DNA of 53,069 bases from a virus (lineage: Duplodnaviria; Caudoviricetes), in the IMG/VR virus record IMGVR_UViG_3300024051_000004, positions 1 to 53,069 of that record; one strand, given 5' to 3'. How positions within the stretch are numbered: the stretch's first letter is position 1; each line of letters begins with the position of its first letter. The position numbers were made by a program, and so were the translations under genes. The notes under the pieces were generated by a model. That model searched no databases. It was not told the DNA's origin and saw only the letters and a list, made by a program, of their open reading frames with translations. Below, in pieces: positions 35,060-43,503 of this stretch.

Positions 35060-36106
35060 TCAGTCCTCCTGGGGTGTTCCGGGGTTGGGTGGGAACGCGG
35101 CGACCATCTCGTCGAGGTCGTCGAAGATCGGGATGTTCGGGTAGTTCGCGTGGACCTTCGCGCGGAGGGTGTCGTCGAGTTCGCACCCTGCGGTGTGTGG
35201 GTCGATGTGCCCGAACAGGGTTGCCATGGCGTGGCTGAGAGCTTGAGCGACGTGTGTGGCGGTGGTGTTCTGGTCGCGGGCGCGGGCTCTGCGGGCGCGG
35301 CGTTGCCGCACGGTGCGGGCGTGGGCGCGGTGCCCCGCGCGGACCTGTCGGGCCTGCCGGATGTCCCACAGGTCGAACACGCAGATCGCGGTGGACGCGG
35401 CCCACACTGCGGCGCACACCCACCACACGGGTTGCCCGGTGGTGGCCGCATGGAAGACGGCGAAGCTGACCCCTGCCGCGAAGACTGTCCCCCACGTGGC
35501 ATGGTGCGGGTACCGGTCGGTGAAGTCGTGCTCCCAGTCGGTGTACCGGCCGTTCTTCATCGGCGGGGTCGGGATCGGGGCGCGGAGGGCCTGTGTGGCG
35601 GGTCCCAGGACGGCACCCGCGGCGAGCCCCCCACCGGTCGTGAGCTGTCCAGGGGCGGCCGGGGGGCGCGGTGTCGTGCCTGCGGGCGGGAGGTACAGGG
35701 CGCGGATCCGGGCCTTGGAGGCACGGAACCCGCGGGTTCCGACGACGGTCCGCCCGAACCCTTCCACGACCGCGGCGACCGTGTCCGGGGACGCGTAGTC
35801 GTTCGACCCTTCGTAGTACCCGTAGAACCCGCACTTGCAGTCCGTGCCGGGTGCCCCACCGCAGGGGTCCGCGACGACCGGTTGCGGGCACCCGCACCAG
35901 CGGCGCAGGTCCTGCGGGGTGGACTGTGCACGGTGCACACACGGCACCGTCTTCGTCCGCAGGCATGCCGCGTCGTTGACGCCCTCGACCCACCTGCTGC
36001 GGAACGTGTACCCGGTCAGCCACCCGTCCGCGTCGACGTTGAACACCCTGGTTCCGGTCACGGATCCGACCGTGAACGCGAACCGACCTTCGAACTCACC
36101 CATCAC
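35060..36106 (-). CDS. Conserved phage protein with CxCGFY motif and two TM segments
   Basis: DCKCGFYGY, VEGFGRTVVGTRGFRASKARI; hydrophobic pair near C-terminus. Confidence 0.6.
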   Translation of the reverse strand: MMGEFEGRFAFTVGSVTGTRVFNVDADGWLTGYTFRSRWVEGVNDAACLRTKTVPCVHRAQSTPQDLRRWCGCPQPVVADPCGGAPGTDCKCGFYGYYEGSNDYASPDTVAAVVEGFGRTVVGTRGFRASKARIRALYLPPAGTTPRPPAAPGQLTTGGGLAAGAVLGPATQALRAPIPTPPMKNGRYTDWEHDFTDRYPHHATWGTVFAAGVSFAVFHAATTGQPVWWVCAAVWAASTAICVFDLWDIRQARQVRAGHRAHARTVRQRRARRARARDQNTTATHVAQALSHAMATLFGHIDPHTAGCELDDTLRAKVHANYPNIPIFDDLDEMVAAFPPNPGTPQED

Positions 36107-36420
36107 CGTCCTCCTGACTTCTGGCTGGCACGGTGCAGGGCTGCGCACATCCCGCACCTCGTGCCGCGTTGCGTGCTAATGCGGCGTGCCGCTGACGCCG
36201 GGTGCCCGCACGGCAGCAGGCCGCCGCGGCCGGGGTCGACCCGCCCGCCGGGCAGGCCGATCACCCCGAGCAGGTCGACTGCGTCGGCGGGGCTGGTGGC
36301 GTGCGCGCACACCACGAGGGACACGTGCCGGGTCACGGCAGGGTCCAGTGCGGGGATCGGTTCGTCGGAGTCGACGAGGAGCCGGTGGGCGAGCAACCGG
36401 TGCGCACTGGTCGCGGTCAT
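36103..36420 (-). CDS. Hypothetical protein
   Basis: Coupled overlaps; CGH...CGMC. Confidence 0.5.
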   Translation of the reverse strand: MTATSAHRLLAHRLLVDSDEPIPALDPAVTRHVSLVVCAHATSPADAVDLLGVIGLPGGRVDPGRGGLLPCGHPASAARRISTQRGTRCGMCAALHRASQKSGGR

Positions 36421-38078
36421 GCCGCCACCTCCCCGGTGATCGCCTCGACGACCGTCGCGATCAGGTCACGCGCGGCGGGTGGGGTGACCGCGTTCCCGCT
36501 GAGCTTGACCTGCTCCCGGCGGGTCCCGAGCATCACGTAGTCACCCGGGAACGCCATGGCCCGCTTGATCTCGCCCGGTTCGAGCATCCGGAACCGCACG
36601 TCGTCGATGTCGAGCGTCGGCGGGCCAGACAGGTACGCCTGGTGCCCGACAGTGGTGACGGTCCGAACAGGCTCGGTGACGGGAGTGGTCATGGACGACT
36701 GGTCTTCGCCGCGTTGGGTGTTCATCCGCATGACCAGGCCGTGGTGCGTGCCCGAGGCGGTGACCGTGGACAGCGGGTCCGTGGTCGACCTGGCCGTAGA
36801 CCCGCCGCCGCGAAGCTCTGCGATGAACGGCGGGTAGAGCATCCCGTGGCCGCCACCGCCGGCGGTCGTCATCGTCGGGCCCGGCTCGTCGACGGGCCGG
36901 GCGCGGTTGCCCCATGTGTTCGTCATGACCAGGGGGGGCAGCATGACGCCCTCTTCGTGACGGGCGGTCTGGGTGCGCATCGGGTCCAGGGACGAGCGCA
37001 CCCGACCGTCACCGTCGCGCCCTGACGTGTCCACCAGGGCGGGCGGCAGCACGAGCCCCTTGGATTCGCCCGTGTGCTGCGTGCGCACCGGCTCGAGACT
37101 CGACCACGCCCGCCAGTACGACTCCGGGTCCATGAACCCGGGATGCTTCGGGTCGGCAGCGTCCCACCCGTTGACCGTCTCCACGAGCAGCGGGTGCCAG
37201 AACCGGCGCACCCCGTGCTCGATGCGCCGCATCGTCTTGGCCGACAGGGGCTTGGCCCGGTCCCCGATCCTGGTTCCCGTGTTCGACAGGTCGATGAACG
37301 ACAGGGCAGGCAACCACCCGGGTTCGACGATCTGCCCGCGACACGACACCTTCGGGCACCGGTACACGTACTGCGCCCGGTACCGACCCGTGACGCTGGA
37401 CGCCTTCTTCCAGGACTGCACCGCATCGACAAGCTCGCCGCACGACGGGCACCACGCGCGAGGCCGCTGCATCCGCTCGAAGTCCGGGGCCCGCTCACCC
37501 TCACGCCAGAACGCGATGTACACCCGGTCCCGGGACTGCGGTGCGGGCAGACCGTACGCCTGCGCGTGCATCGAGTTCAGGGAGATGATCCGGTGCCGGT
37601 ACCGCATGGCGTGCATCGACTGCAACCACGCCTCGAACAGTGCACCCGGGTACCCGTTCGGGGACGTCCAGTCGACGACCTCGACGACGTTCTCCACGAG
37701 GATCGCCCGGTACTCGTGCGCCTCCGCGAACCGCACGACGTCCCACATCGTCGCCCGGGACCGTTCCGCCGCAGCATCCGGCAGGGTCTCCCCGAACAGG
37801 TCCGGCTGCCGGGCCTGCTTACGGCCCTTCGCCCGCGAGTGGTTCGTGCACTCCGGGGACGCCCACAGCAGGTCCGTGCCCGGGATGAACCGCGGGTCGG
37901 TCTGCGAGATGTCCGCCTGCAGGTGGTCAGTGTTCGGGTGGTTCGCGTTGTGCGTCTCGATCGCCCGATCCCAGTGGTTCGCGGCGAGACGAACCTGCAC
38001 CCCCCCGGTTGCGACCGCACCCGTGGACGACCCGCCAGCACCGCAGAACAGGTCCGTCATCGTGAGGTTCGCACTCAC
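36417..38078 (-). CDS. C5-cytosine DNA methyltransferase
   Basis: DLFCGAGG, SPEC catalytic motif, VENV, PQSRDR, GNAV. Confidence 0.93.
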   Translation of the reverse strand: MSANLTMTDLFCGAGGSSTGAVATGGVQVRLAANHWDRAIETHNANHPNTDHLQADISQTDPRFIPGTDLLWASPECTNHSRAKGRKQARQPDLFGETLPDAAAERSRATMWDVVRFAEAHEYRAILVENVVEVVDWTSPNGYPGALFEAWLQSMHAMRYRHRIISLNSMHAQAYGLPAPQSRDRVYIAFWREGERAPDFERMQRPRAWCPSCGELVDAVQSWKKASSVTGRYRAQYVYRCPKVSCRGQIVEPGWLPALSFIDLSNTGTRIGDRAKPLSAKTMRRIEHGVRRFWHPLLVETVNGWDAADPKHPGFMDPESYWRAWSSLEPVRTQHTGESKGLVLPPALVDTSGRDGDGRVRSSLDPMRTQTARHEEGVMLPPLVMTNTWGNRARPVDEPGPTMTTAGGGGHGMLYPPFIAELRGGGSTARSTTDPLSTVTASGTHHGLVMRMNTQRGEDQSSMTTPVTEPVRTVTTVGHQAYLSGPPTLDIDDVRFRMLEPGEIKRAMAFPGDYVMLGTRREQVKLSGNAVTPPAARDLIATVVEAITGEVAA

Positions 38079-38884
38079 CGCGCACCGCCACCGTTGCGGC
38101 CGACACCCCATGCGATCAGCCCGACCAGCATGGTGATCACCGCGGCAAGAAACAGGACCGCACCGTCGACGCCGGTGGCGGCAAGCTCAGGGGCGCCGGT
38201 CAGGGTTGGTGTCGGGGTGGGGTTCGCGGTCGACAGGACCTGGGACGGGATCACCGGTGATGGCGAGGCCGATGACGCGGCGGACGCCGACGTCGGGTTC
38301 GGGGCCGGGATCGGGGATGGGACCGAGGATGGTGTTGGGGTCGAACTCGTCGACGGGGATGATGCGGACGGCGCCGGGACGGGCGGCGTGGTGTCGGCCT
38401 CGGAACCGGGCGAGGGTGAGGCGGTGGGAGAGCTCGTCGGCGTGGACGAGGCCGTCGACTCCGGGGTCGGCGTGGCGGTAGGGGTCGGGGCGGGGGTCGT
38501 CGGGCATGGGTGCGGCTCCTTCGTGTGGTGCGGCGTGTGCAGGCAGACGGGCTTCTGACCGCCCTCCCCGAAGTGCTCGGACGCGCCCGACCACTGGACC
38601 CACACGACGCACCCGTCGGTGATCCCGAACGCCGACCACGGGACGAAGCTCTGACCGACCCAGGACGCGCCCGGGTGGCCGTTGTTCGGGTCGATGTGCA
38701 GGCCGTGCGTCACCCCGTCCGCGGTGCGGACGTTGATGTGCGAGTGCGCATGCAGCGGCGACGGGAACGTCAGGCCGTCGCGGCTGACGGTGTACGGGGT
38801 CGGGTCACCGGACCCGGTGCCCCATGCGGGGGCCGCGAACATCACGGCGACGGCCACTACGGTGGCGACGATGAGACGCCTCAT
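38075..38884 (-). CDS. Secreted, sortase-anchored (LAxTG) surface protein
   Basis: Signal peptide MRRLIVATVVAVAVMFAAPAWG; P/T/S linker; ELAATG + TM + basic tail. Confidence 0.8.
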   Translation of the reverse strand: MRRLIVATVVAVAVMFAAPAWGTGSGDPTPYTVSRDGLTFPSPLHAHSHINVRTADGVTHGLHIDPNNGHPGASWVGQSFVPWSAFGITDGCVVWVQWSGASEHFGEGGQKPVCLHTPHHTKEPHPCPTTPAPTPTATPTPESTASSTPTSSPTASPSPGSEADTTPPVPAPSASSPSTSSTPTPSSVPSPIPAPNPTSASAASSASPSPVIPSQVLSTANPTPTPTLTGAPELAATGVDGAVLFLAAVITMLVGLIAWGVGRNGGGAR

Positions 38885-38970
38885 GGCGTGTTGTCCCTTC
38901 ACTAGTTGGAGGGGCCGCCGTGCCGGTTCTTTCTTGGCGGGAGGACGGCACGGCAGCCGTGTCTGTGGGG

Positions 38971-39171
38971 TCAGGTGGTGCGGGTCAGGAGCCGCATGCG
39001 CGCGGTCTCCTCGTCCCGGTCGGCTTGCTGTCGGGCCTGCCGGTTCGCGACCCTGTGCGCGGACGCGATCGCACGGGTCCACGTGCCGCGACGCCACACG
39101 ACGGGCCGATGGGTGTCCGTCGACGTGAACACGACGCACCACACCCCGTCGACCTTCGACACCCGGATCAC
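38971..39171 (-). CDS. Hypothetical protein
   Basis: GTGA-coupled to methyltransferase. Confidence 0.5.
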   Translation of the reverse strand: MIRVSKVDGVWCVVFTSTDTHRPVVWRRGTWTRAIASAHRVANRQARQQADRDEETARMRLLTRTT

Positions 39172-40127
39172 GACGACGCCCCGAACAGAGTCGCCGCGGA
39201 CATCTCCCGGTCCAGGTCCCGCATGTTCGACACGGCGGTCGACCAGTACGACGGCTTCAGCTCGCACCCGATGCCGCGACGCCCGAGCCGGACAGCCGTG
39301 TACACCTCGGACCCGATGCCTGCGAACGGTGTCAGGACGAGCTCGCCCGGGTTCGACCACAGGCGGACGCACCGTTCGATCAGCCCCAACTGCAGGGGTG
39401 CGATGTGCCGTTCGTCGGCGTCTTCACGGGCGACCCGGACGTTCAGGGTGTCGGACTCCCGGATGCCGTACCAGACGGGGCACAGGTTCCCGTCGTCGGT
39501 GAGCCACCCGCCCTCGTGGTGATCCGTCCAGATCGGTGACGCCCAGTCGATCCAGTCGTCGTTCGTGACCTCACCCTCGCGGGCGTCGTGCCGGATCGGC
39601 GTCTCGTTGTCCCCGGGCTTCTTGAACACCAGCACGTAGTCCGCCATCGCAGGTCGTGACTGTGCGGAGTCCCGGTTCTTCGTCTGGAACGCGAGAGCGA
39701 ACGCCTTCGTGCGGATCGACTGGGCCTGCGGGTCCTTCCACACGGTGACCTCGCCGTAGAAGATCCACCCGACGGACTGGAACAGTCGGATCACGTCACC
39801 CCGGAAGTCCGTCAACCCGACGAACCCGTCGACAGCCTTCTTCGTAGCGACCTGCTGCACGTGGATCACCGCGTTACGGCCCGGCTTCGTCACCCGAAGC
39901 TGCTGCTCCACGATGAACCGGTAGTGGTCGAGGAACTCCACCCGGGACGCGGAGTTCCCCAGGTCCCGCGGCGACGGCGAGTAGGTGTACAGGGAGTCGA
40001 ACGGGGGGGAGCACACCGACAGGTCCACGCTGTCGTCGTCGAGCTCCGCGAGGCGTTCGCACGAGTCGCCCAGCATCAGCCGCCACATGGCCCCCGTGGC
40101 GTCGTCGGTCACGTACGAGTCGTTCAT
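39168..40127 (-). CDS. N4/N6 DNA methyltransferase (beta order)
   Basis: GDSCE, SPPF..LY.Y, HIAPLQL, VLTPFAGIGSE, ELKPSY. Confidence 0.9.
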   Translation of the reverse strand: MNDSYVTDDATGAMWRLMLGDSCERLAELDDDSVDLSVCSPPFDSLYTYSPSPRDLGNSASRVEFLDHYRFIVEQQLRVTKPGRNAVIHVQQVATKKAVDGFVGLTDFRGDVIRLFQSVGWIFYGEVTVWKDPQAQSIRTKAFALAFQTKNRDSAQSRPAMADYVLVFKKPGDNETPIRHDAREGEVTNDDWIDWASPIWTDHHEGGWLTDDGNLCPVWYGIRESDTLNVRVAREDADERHIAPLQLGLIERCVRLWSNPGELVLTPFAGIGSEVYTAVRLGRRGIGCELKPSYWSTAVSNMRDLDREMSAATLFGASS

Positions 40128-41431
40128 GCTGCGGCCCTCTCCTGACGGGCGCGCCGCATCTCCGTGACGAGGGCCGCGCTGATCGCCGCGGCCTCCCTCT
40201 CCTTGCGGCGCACGTTCTCTGCGATCTGCTGCTCGATGGACGACACGACGACGTGTGCACGCACCACCCGGGTCTGCCCAAACCGGTAGAACCTGCGGAT
40301 CGCCTGGTAGTACGTCTCGTACGAGTCGTTGATCCCAACAAACGCGGTCCTTGCGCAGTGCTGCCAGTTCAGCCCGAACGACGCCATCGACGGCTTCGTC
40401 ACCAGGACCCGAATGTCACCGGCCGCGAACCTCAGGAACCGGTCCGCCTTGTCCTCCGGCGGCATCGACCCATGCACGTTCACCGCGTCGGGGATGCCGG
40501 CCGTCAGGGCGTCAGCCTCGTCGTTCAGGCCGCACCACAGCACCCACGGTTCGTCCGGTTCGGCGTGGACGATGTCGATGGTCCGACCGACACGCGCATC
40601 GAGGGTCGCGCGGCGCATCGCCGCACGCCCACCGACACCACCCAGGTCAGTCGCGAACAGCTGACCGTCCGGGACAACGTCGATCGGCAGGATCTCGGGC
40701 ACGACATCGAGGCCGGGCAGGTCATACCCAGTGTCGTCTCCACCGATGTCGGACGGTTTGCGCAGCGCCACCGCCCACGTCGCCATCCACGACAGCATCG
40801 GGGCACGGGCGTGCCCCTTGGGGCGCCACCCGTCGGCGTCGTGAACGAAGTACGCGGCGAGCATGTTCACCCGGGTCATGTGTCCCAGGAACTCGGCTTG
40901 GTTCGTGAGTTCCTCCGGGTCGTTCGGTGCCGGTGTGGCGGTGCACGCGAGCCGGTACGGCACGTCCCGGAAGTGACGGATGAGCATGGTGCGGGTCTTC
41001 CCATCGGACTGCTTCAGGATCGACGCCTCGTCCAAGACGACCGCGGTGAGCGCAGCCGGGTTGAACCGGTGGACCATCTCGTAGTTCGTGACCCAGATCC
41101 CGGGCCCGGTGATCTCGTCGCCAGACCGCACGTACGTGGCGGTGGCGCTGACCTTCGGCGCTTCGACCTGTGCGGTCTGCTGGCAGACGGCCAGGGGCGC
41201 GACGATCAGGACGGTCCCGCCGATCCGCTGCGCCCATTCGATCTGCATGACGGTCTTCCCGAGGCCGGTGTCCGCCCAGATCGCGGCGCGTCCGGTCTTG
41301 AGTGCCCACGCGACGATGTCCCGCTGCCACGGGTGCAGGAACGGGTGCAGGCGGTCAGGGTCGACGTCGATCCCGTCTGCTGGGGCCGCGGCGATCTTCC
41401 GTTCGAGGAACTCCCGGTATCCGCGGATCAT
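40124..41431 (-). CDS. SF2/SNF2-like helicase
   Basis: DTGLGKT, TNYE, VLDEASILK, TATPAPND, GLNWQ, QAIRRFYRFGQ. Confidence 0.9.
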   Translation of the reverse strand: MIRGYREFLERKIAAAPADGIDVDPDRLHPFLHPWQRDIVAWALKTGRAAIWADTGLGKTVMQIEWAQRIGGTVLIVAPLAVCQQTAQVEAPKVSATATYVRSGDEITGPGIWVTNYEMVHRFNPAALTAVVLDEASILKQSDGKTRTMLIRHFRDVPYRLACTATPAPNDPEELTNQAEFLGHMTRVNMLAAYFVHDADGWRPKGHARAPMLSWMATWAVALRKPSDIGGDDTGYDLPGLDVVPEILPIDVVPDGQLFATDLGGVGGRAAMRRATLDARVGRTIDIVHAEPDEPWVLWCGLNDEADALTAGIPDAVNVHGSMPPEDKADRFLRFAAGDIRVLVTKPSMASFGLNWQHCARTAFVGINDSYETYYQAIRRFYRFGQTRVVRAHVVVSSIEQQIAENVRRKEREAAAISAALVTEMRRARQERAAA

Positions 41432-41470
41432 CGGGGAGCCTTCGGGTCGTCCCACTCGACCTCGTGCAGG

Positions 41471-41650
41471 TCAGCGTCGATGAACACGCGACCCCCCCCC
41501 CACATGCACCCCGACGACCGCGGGCCCAGCGGACACCAGGTCCTCGTACGGGTCGGCCAGGTGAATGGTGGCGTTCGGGTTCAGGTGTGCGAGCTCGTCG
41601 CGGAGTTCCGCGACGGTCAACGGCAGCGTCCGGTTCGTGTGGCGGCTCAT
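41471..41650 (-). CDS. Small protein, apparently frameshifted at a G10 tract
   Basis: LTVAELRDELAHLNPNATI motif; removing one G extends the ORF to 41428 with ATGA overlap on the helicase. Confidence 0.6.
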   Translation of the reverse strand: MSRHTNRTLPLTVAELRDELAHLNPNATIHLADPYEDLVSAGPAVVGVHVGGGSRVHRR

Positions 41651-42762
41651 GGCACGCTCCGGATCGGGACGATCACGAACACGGCGTCGTCGACGGTGTC
41701 CCCGTCGGGGTCGACCCCGACCACCCGCACGGGCTTCGCCGGGTGGTTCCCGGTGCCCATCCCGAACTCCACCCGGGGACCATCCGTGGCGTTCACGAGA
41801 CCCTGCAGGAACTCCGCGTTGAACCCCCACCCGATGTCCGCGGTGTGGTCCGCGTCGAGGACGACCTGCGCCTGCGACCGGTCCGACCCGCCCTCGACCG
41901 TGACGGTCGAGTCAGCGACCGTGACCCGGATCGGGGTCCCCTTCACGTCGACGGCGAGGCGTGCCGTGCCAATCGCGTCGAGCAGTGCCGCCCGATCCAC
42001 CGTCACGAAGTCCGTGCTGTCGGGCACCAGGTGCGCCAGGTCCGGGTAGTCGCCACCACCGGCGATGAGGGTCTGCGTCATGGTGAACGTGCGCCCACCA
42101 CCCGTGACGGTCACGTGATGCTCGTCGACACCAAGGGTGATCGTCCCGGTGATGCCCTTGAGGGCACTGGTGAACACGGTCGCGTTGACGAGCGCGGTGA
42201 ACGGGTCCCCGTCCCACCCGGTCGTGATGATCGCCGCCCGGTACCGGTCGGTGGCCTGCACGGTCAGGGTTCCGTCCCCTGCGGCCAGGTGCAGGCATGC
42301 GAGGAACGACAGGGACTGCTCCGCCTGGGATGCGGCGACCGCGGCCGCCTGGTGGGTGAGGTCCGTGAACGTCGCAGCGTCAACCGTCCCGACCGTGGGT
42401 GCGGGTGCGGGGACCGCCGGATAGTCGGTGCCGTCCATGGTGCGGACCCGCACCGCTGTGCGACCGGACTGCACGAGGACCTCCCCGTCCTGCAGAGTCA
42501 GGGTCACGGCCCCCGTCAACCGCCCGGCGACGTCCGCGAGGACCCGCCCATGCACGAACACCCGGTCCTCCCACGCGCCGTCCGCGGGCACCCCCACCGC
42601 CGCGTACGTCTCGAAGTTGAACGCGGCGAGGGACATCACCCCATCGGCCACGTCGATGCTGATCGCAGCGAGCAGCGGCACCGCCGGGCGGGGCGGGATG
42701 ACCCGCGACACCCACGCGGTCGCATCCTTCAGCAGGGCCGCTTCGACGGTGACCGCGTTCAC
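41647..42762 (-). CDS. dnaN: DNA polymerase III beta clamp homolog
   Basis: RPAVPLL, ATDRYR, DYP, FNAEFL, IVPIR; 371 aa. Confidence 0.9.
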   Translation of the reverse strand: MNAVTVEAALLKDATAWVSRVIPPRPAVPLLAAISIDVADGVMSLAAFNFETYAAVGVPADGAWEDRVFVHGRVLADVAGRLTGAVTLTLQDGEVLVQSGRTAVRVRTMDGTDYPAVPAPAPTVGTVDAATFTDLTHQAAAVAASQAEQSLSFLACLHLAAGDGTLTVQATDRYRAAIITTGWDGDPFTALVNATVFTSALKGITGTITLGVDEHHVTVTGGGRTFTMTQTLIAGGGDYPDLAHLVPDSTDFVTVDRAALLDAIGTARLAVDVKGTPIRVTVADSTVTVEGGSDRSQAQVVLDADHTADIGWGFNAEFLQGLVNATDGPRVEFGMGTGNHPAKPVRVVGVDPDGDTVDDAVFVIVPIRSVP

Positions 42763-42968
42763 CGGACACCCCCAGCCAGCGCGGCATGCACCTCAGACGC
42801 CCGGTACCGGCGGTGCCCACCGAGCGTGTAGATCGGGTGGAGCTTGCCGGTGCGGGCCCACCGGGTGACGGTATTCGGGGTCACCCGGAACGCCTTGGCG
42901 ACTTCACCGGGGGTCAGGAGACGGTCGTCCCCCGGGTCCCCGGTCGGCGGGTGGGTGGTGTCGGTCAT
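42759..42968 (-). CDS. bldC: BldC-family MerR-like HTH regulator
   Basis: LLTPGEVAKAFRVTPNTVTRWARTGKLHPIYTLGGHRRYRASEV closely matches the BldC pattern. Confidence 0.85.
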   Translation of the reverse strand: MTDTTHPPTGDPGDDRLLTPGEVAKAFRVTPNTVTRWARTGKLHPIYTLGGHRRYRASEVHAALAGGVR

Positions 42969-43005
42969 AGCGTGTGTGCTCCTTCATCGTTCGGTTGGTG
43001 GGGGG

Positions 43006-43052
43006 GTGACCGGCCCGGTCGGTGCTTCCCGGCGACAGGCCGGGCCGGTCAC
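43006..43052 (-). terminator. Intergenic hairpin
   Basis: GTGACCGGCCCGG / CCGGGCCGGTCAC 13-bp stem. Confidence 0.55.
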
Positions 43053-43069
43053 ACGTTCAGGGGCCCGGG

Positions 43070-43483
43070 TCAGTCCGCGACCATCCGGATCTCGTCGGCC
43101 TGCTCCCGCTGACGGCGAAGCTCGTACGTGCCCGGCGCGATCCCCGAGTACGCGTGCTCCGGGTGCGCGAGGTACGCCTCCCCGCCCGACGCGACGGTCA
43201 GGACCCCGAGCAGCAGCCCCGACCGGTCGTCCCGGGTGTCGAACGCGACCGGACCAGTCCCGAGCAGCAGGTGCGTGTTCCCGCCGGCCTCACCGCGGAC
43301 GACCGGAACACCACCGGTCGGCAGGGGCGTGGTCGCGGCCGTGACGGTCGGGGACGGGACGACCGCGACGTCCCCCTGGAACTGCAGGCCGTCGAGGACG
43401 GGGATCAGGGCGTCGAGGTTGTGGTGGTCGTCGACCGTGACACCGAACGTGGTGACGGCCTGGTCGAGCGTGAGCGTCGTCAT
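43070..43483 (-). CDS. Conserved partner of DUF6745 proteins
   Basis: QGDV, GE.GGNTH, HPEH, PGTYELRRQRE, VAD motifs. Confidence 0.7.
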   Translation of the reverse strand: MTTLTLDQAVTTFGVTVDDHHNLDALIPVLDGLQFQGDVAVVPSPTVTAATTPLPTGGVPVVRGEAGGNTHLLLGTGPVAFDTRDDRSGLLLGVLTVASGGEAYLAHPEHAYSGIAPGTYELRRQREQADEIRMVAD

Positions 43484-43503
43484 GCTGGTCCTCCTCTGGG
43501 TTG

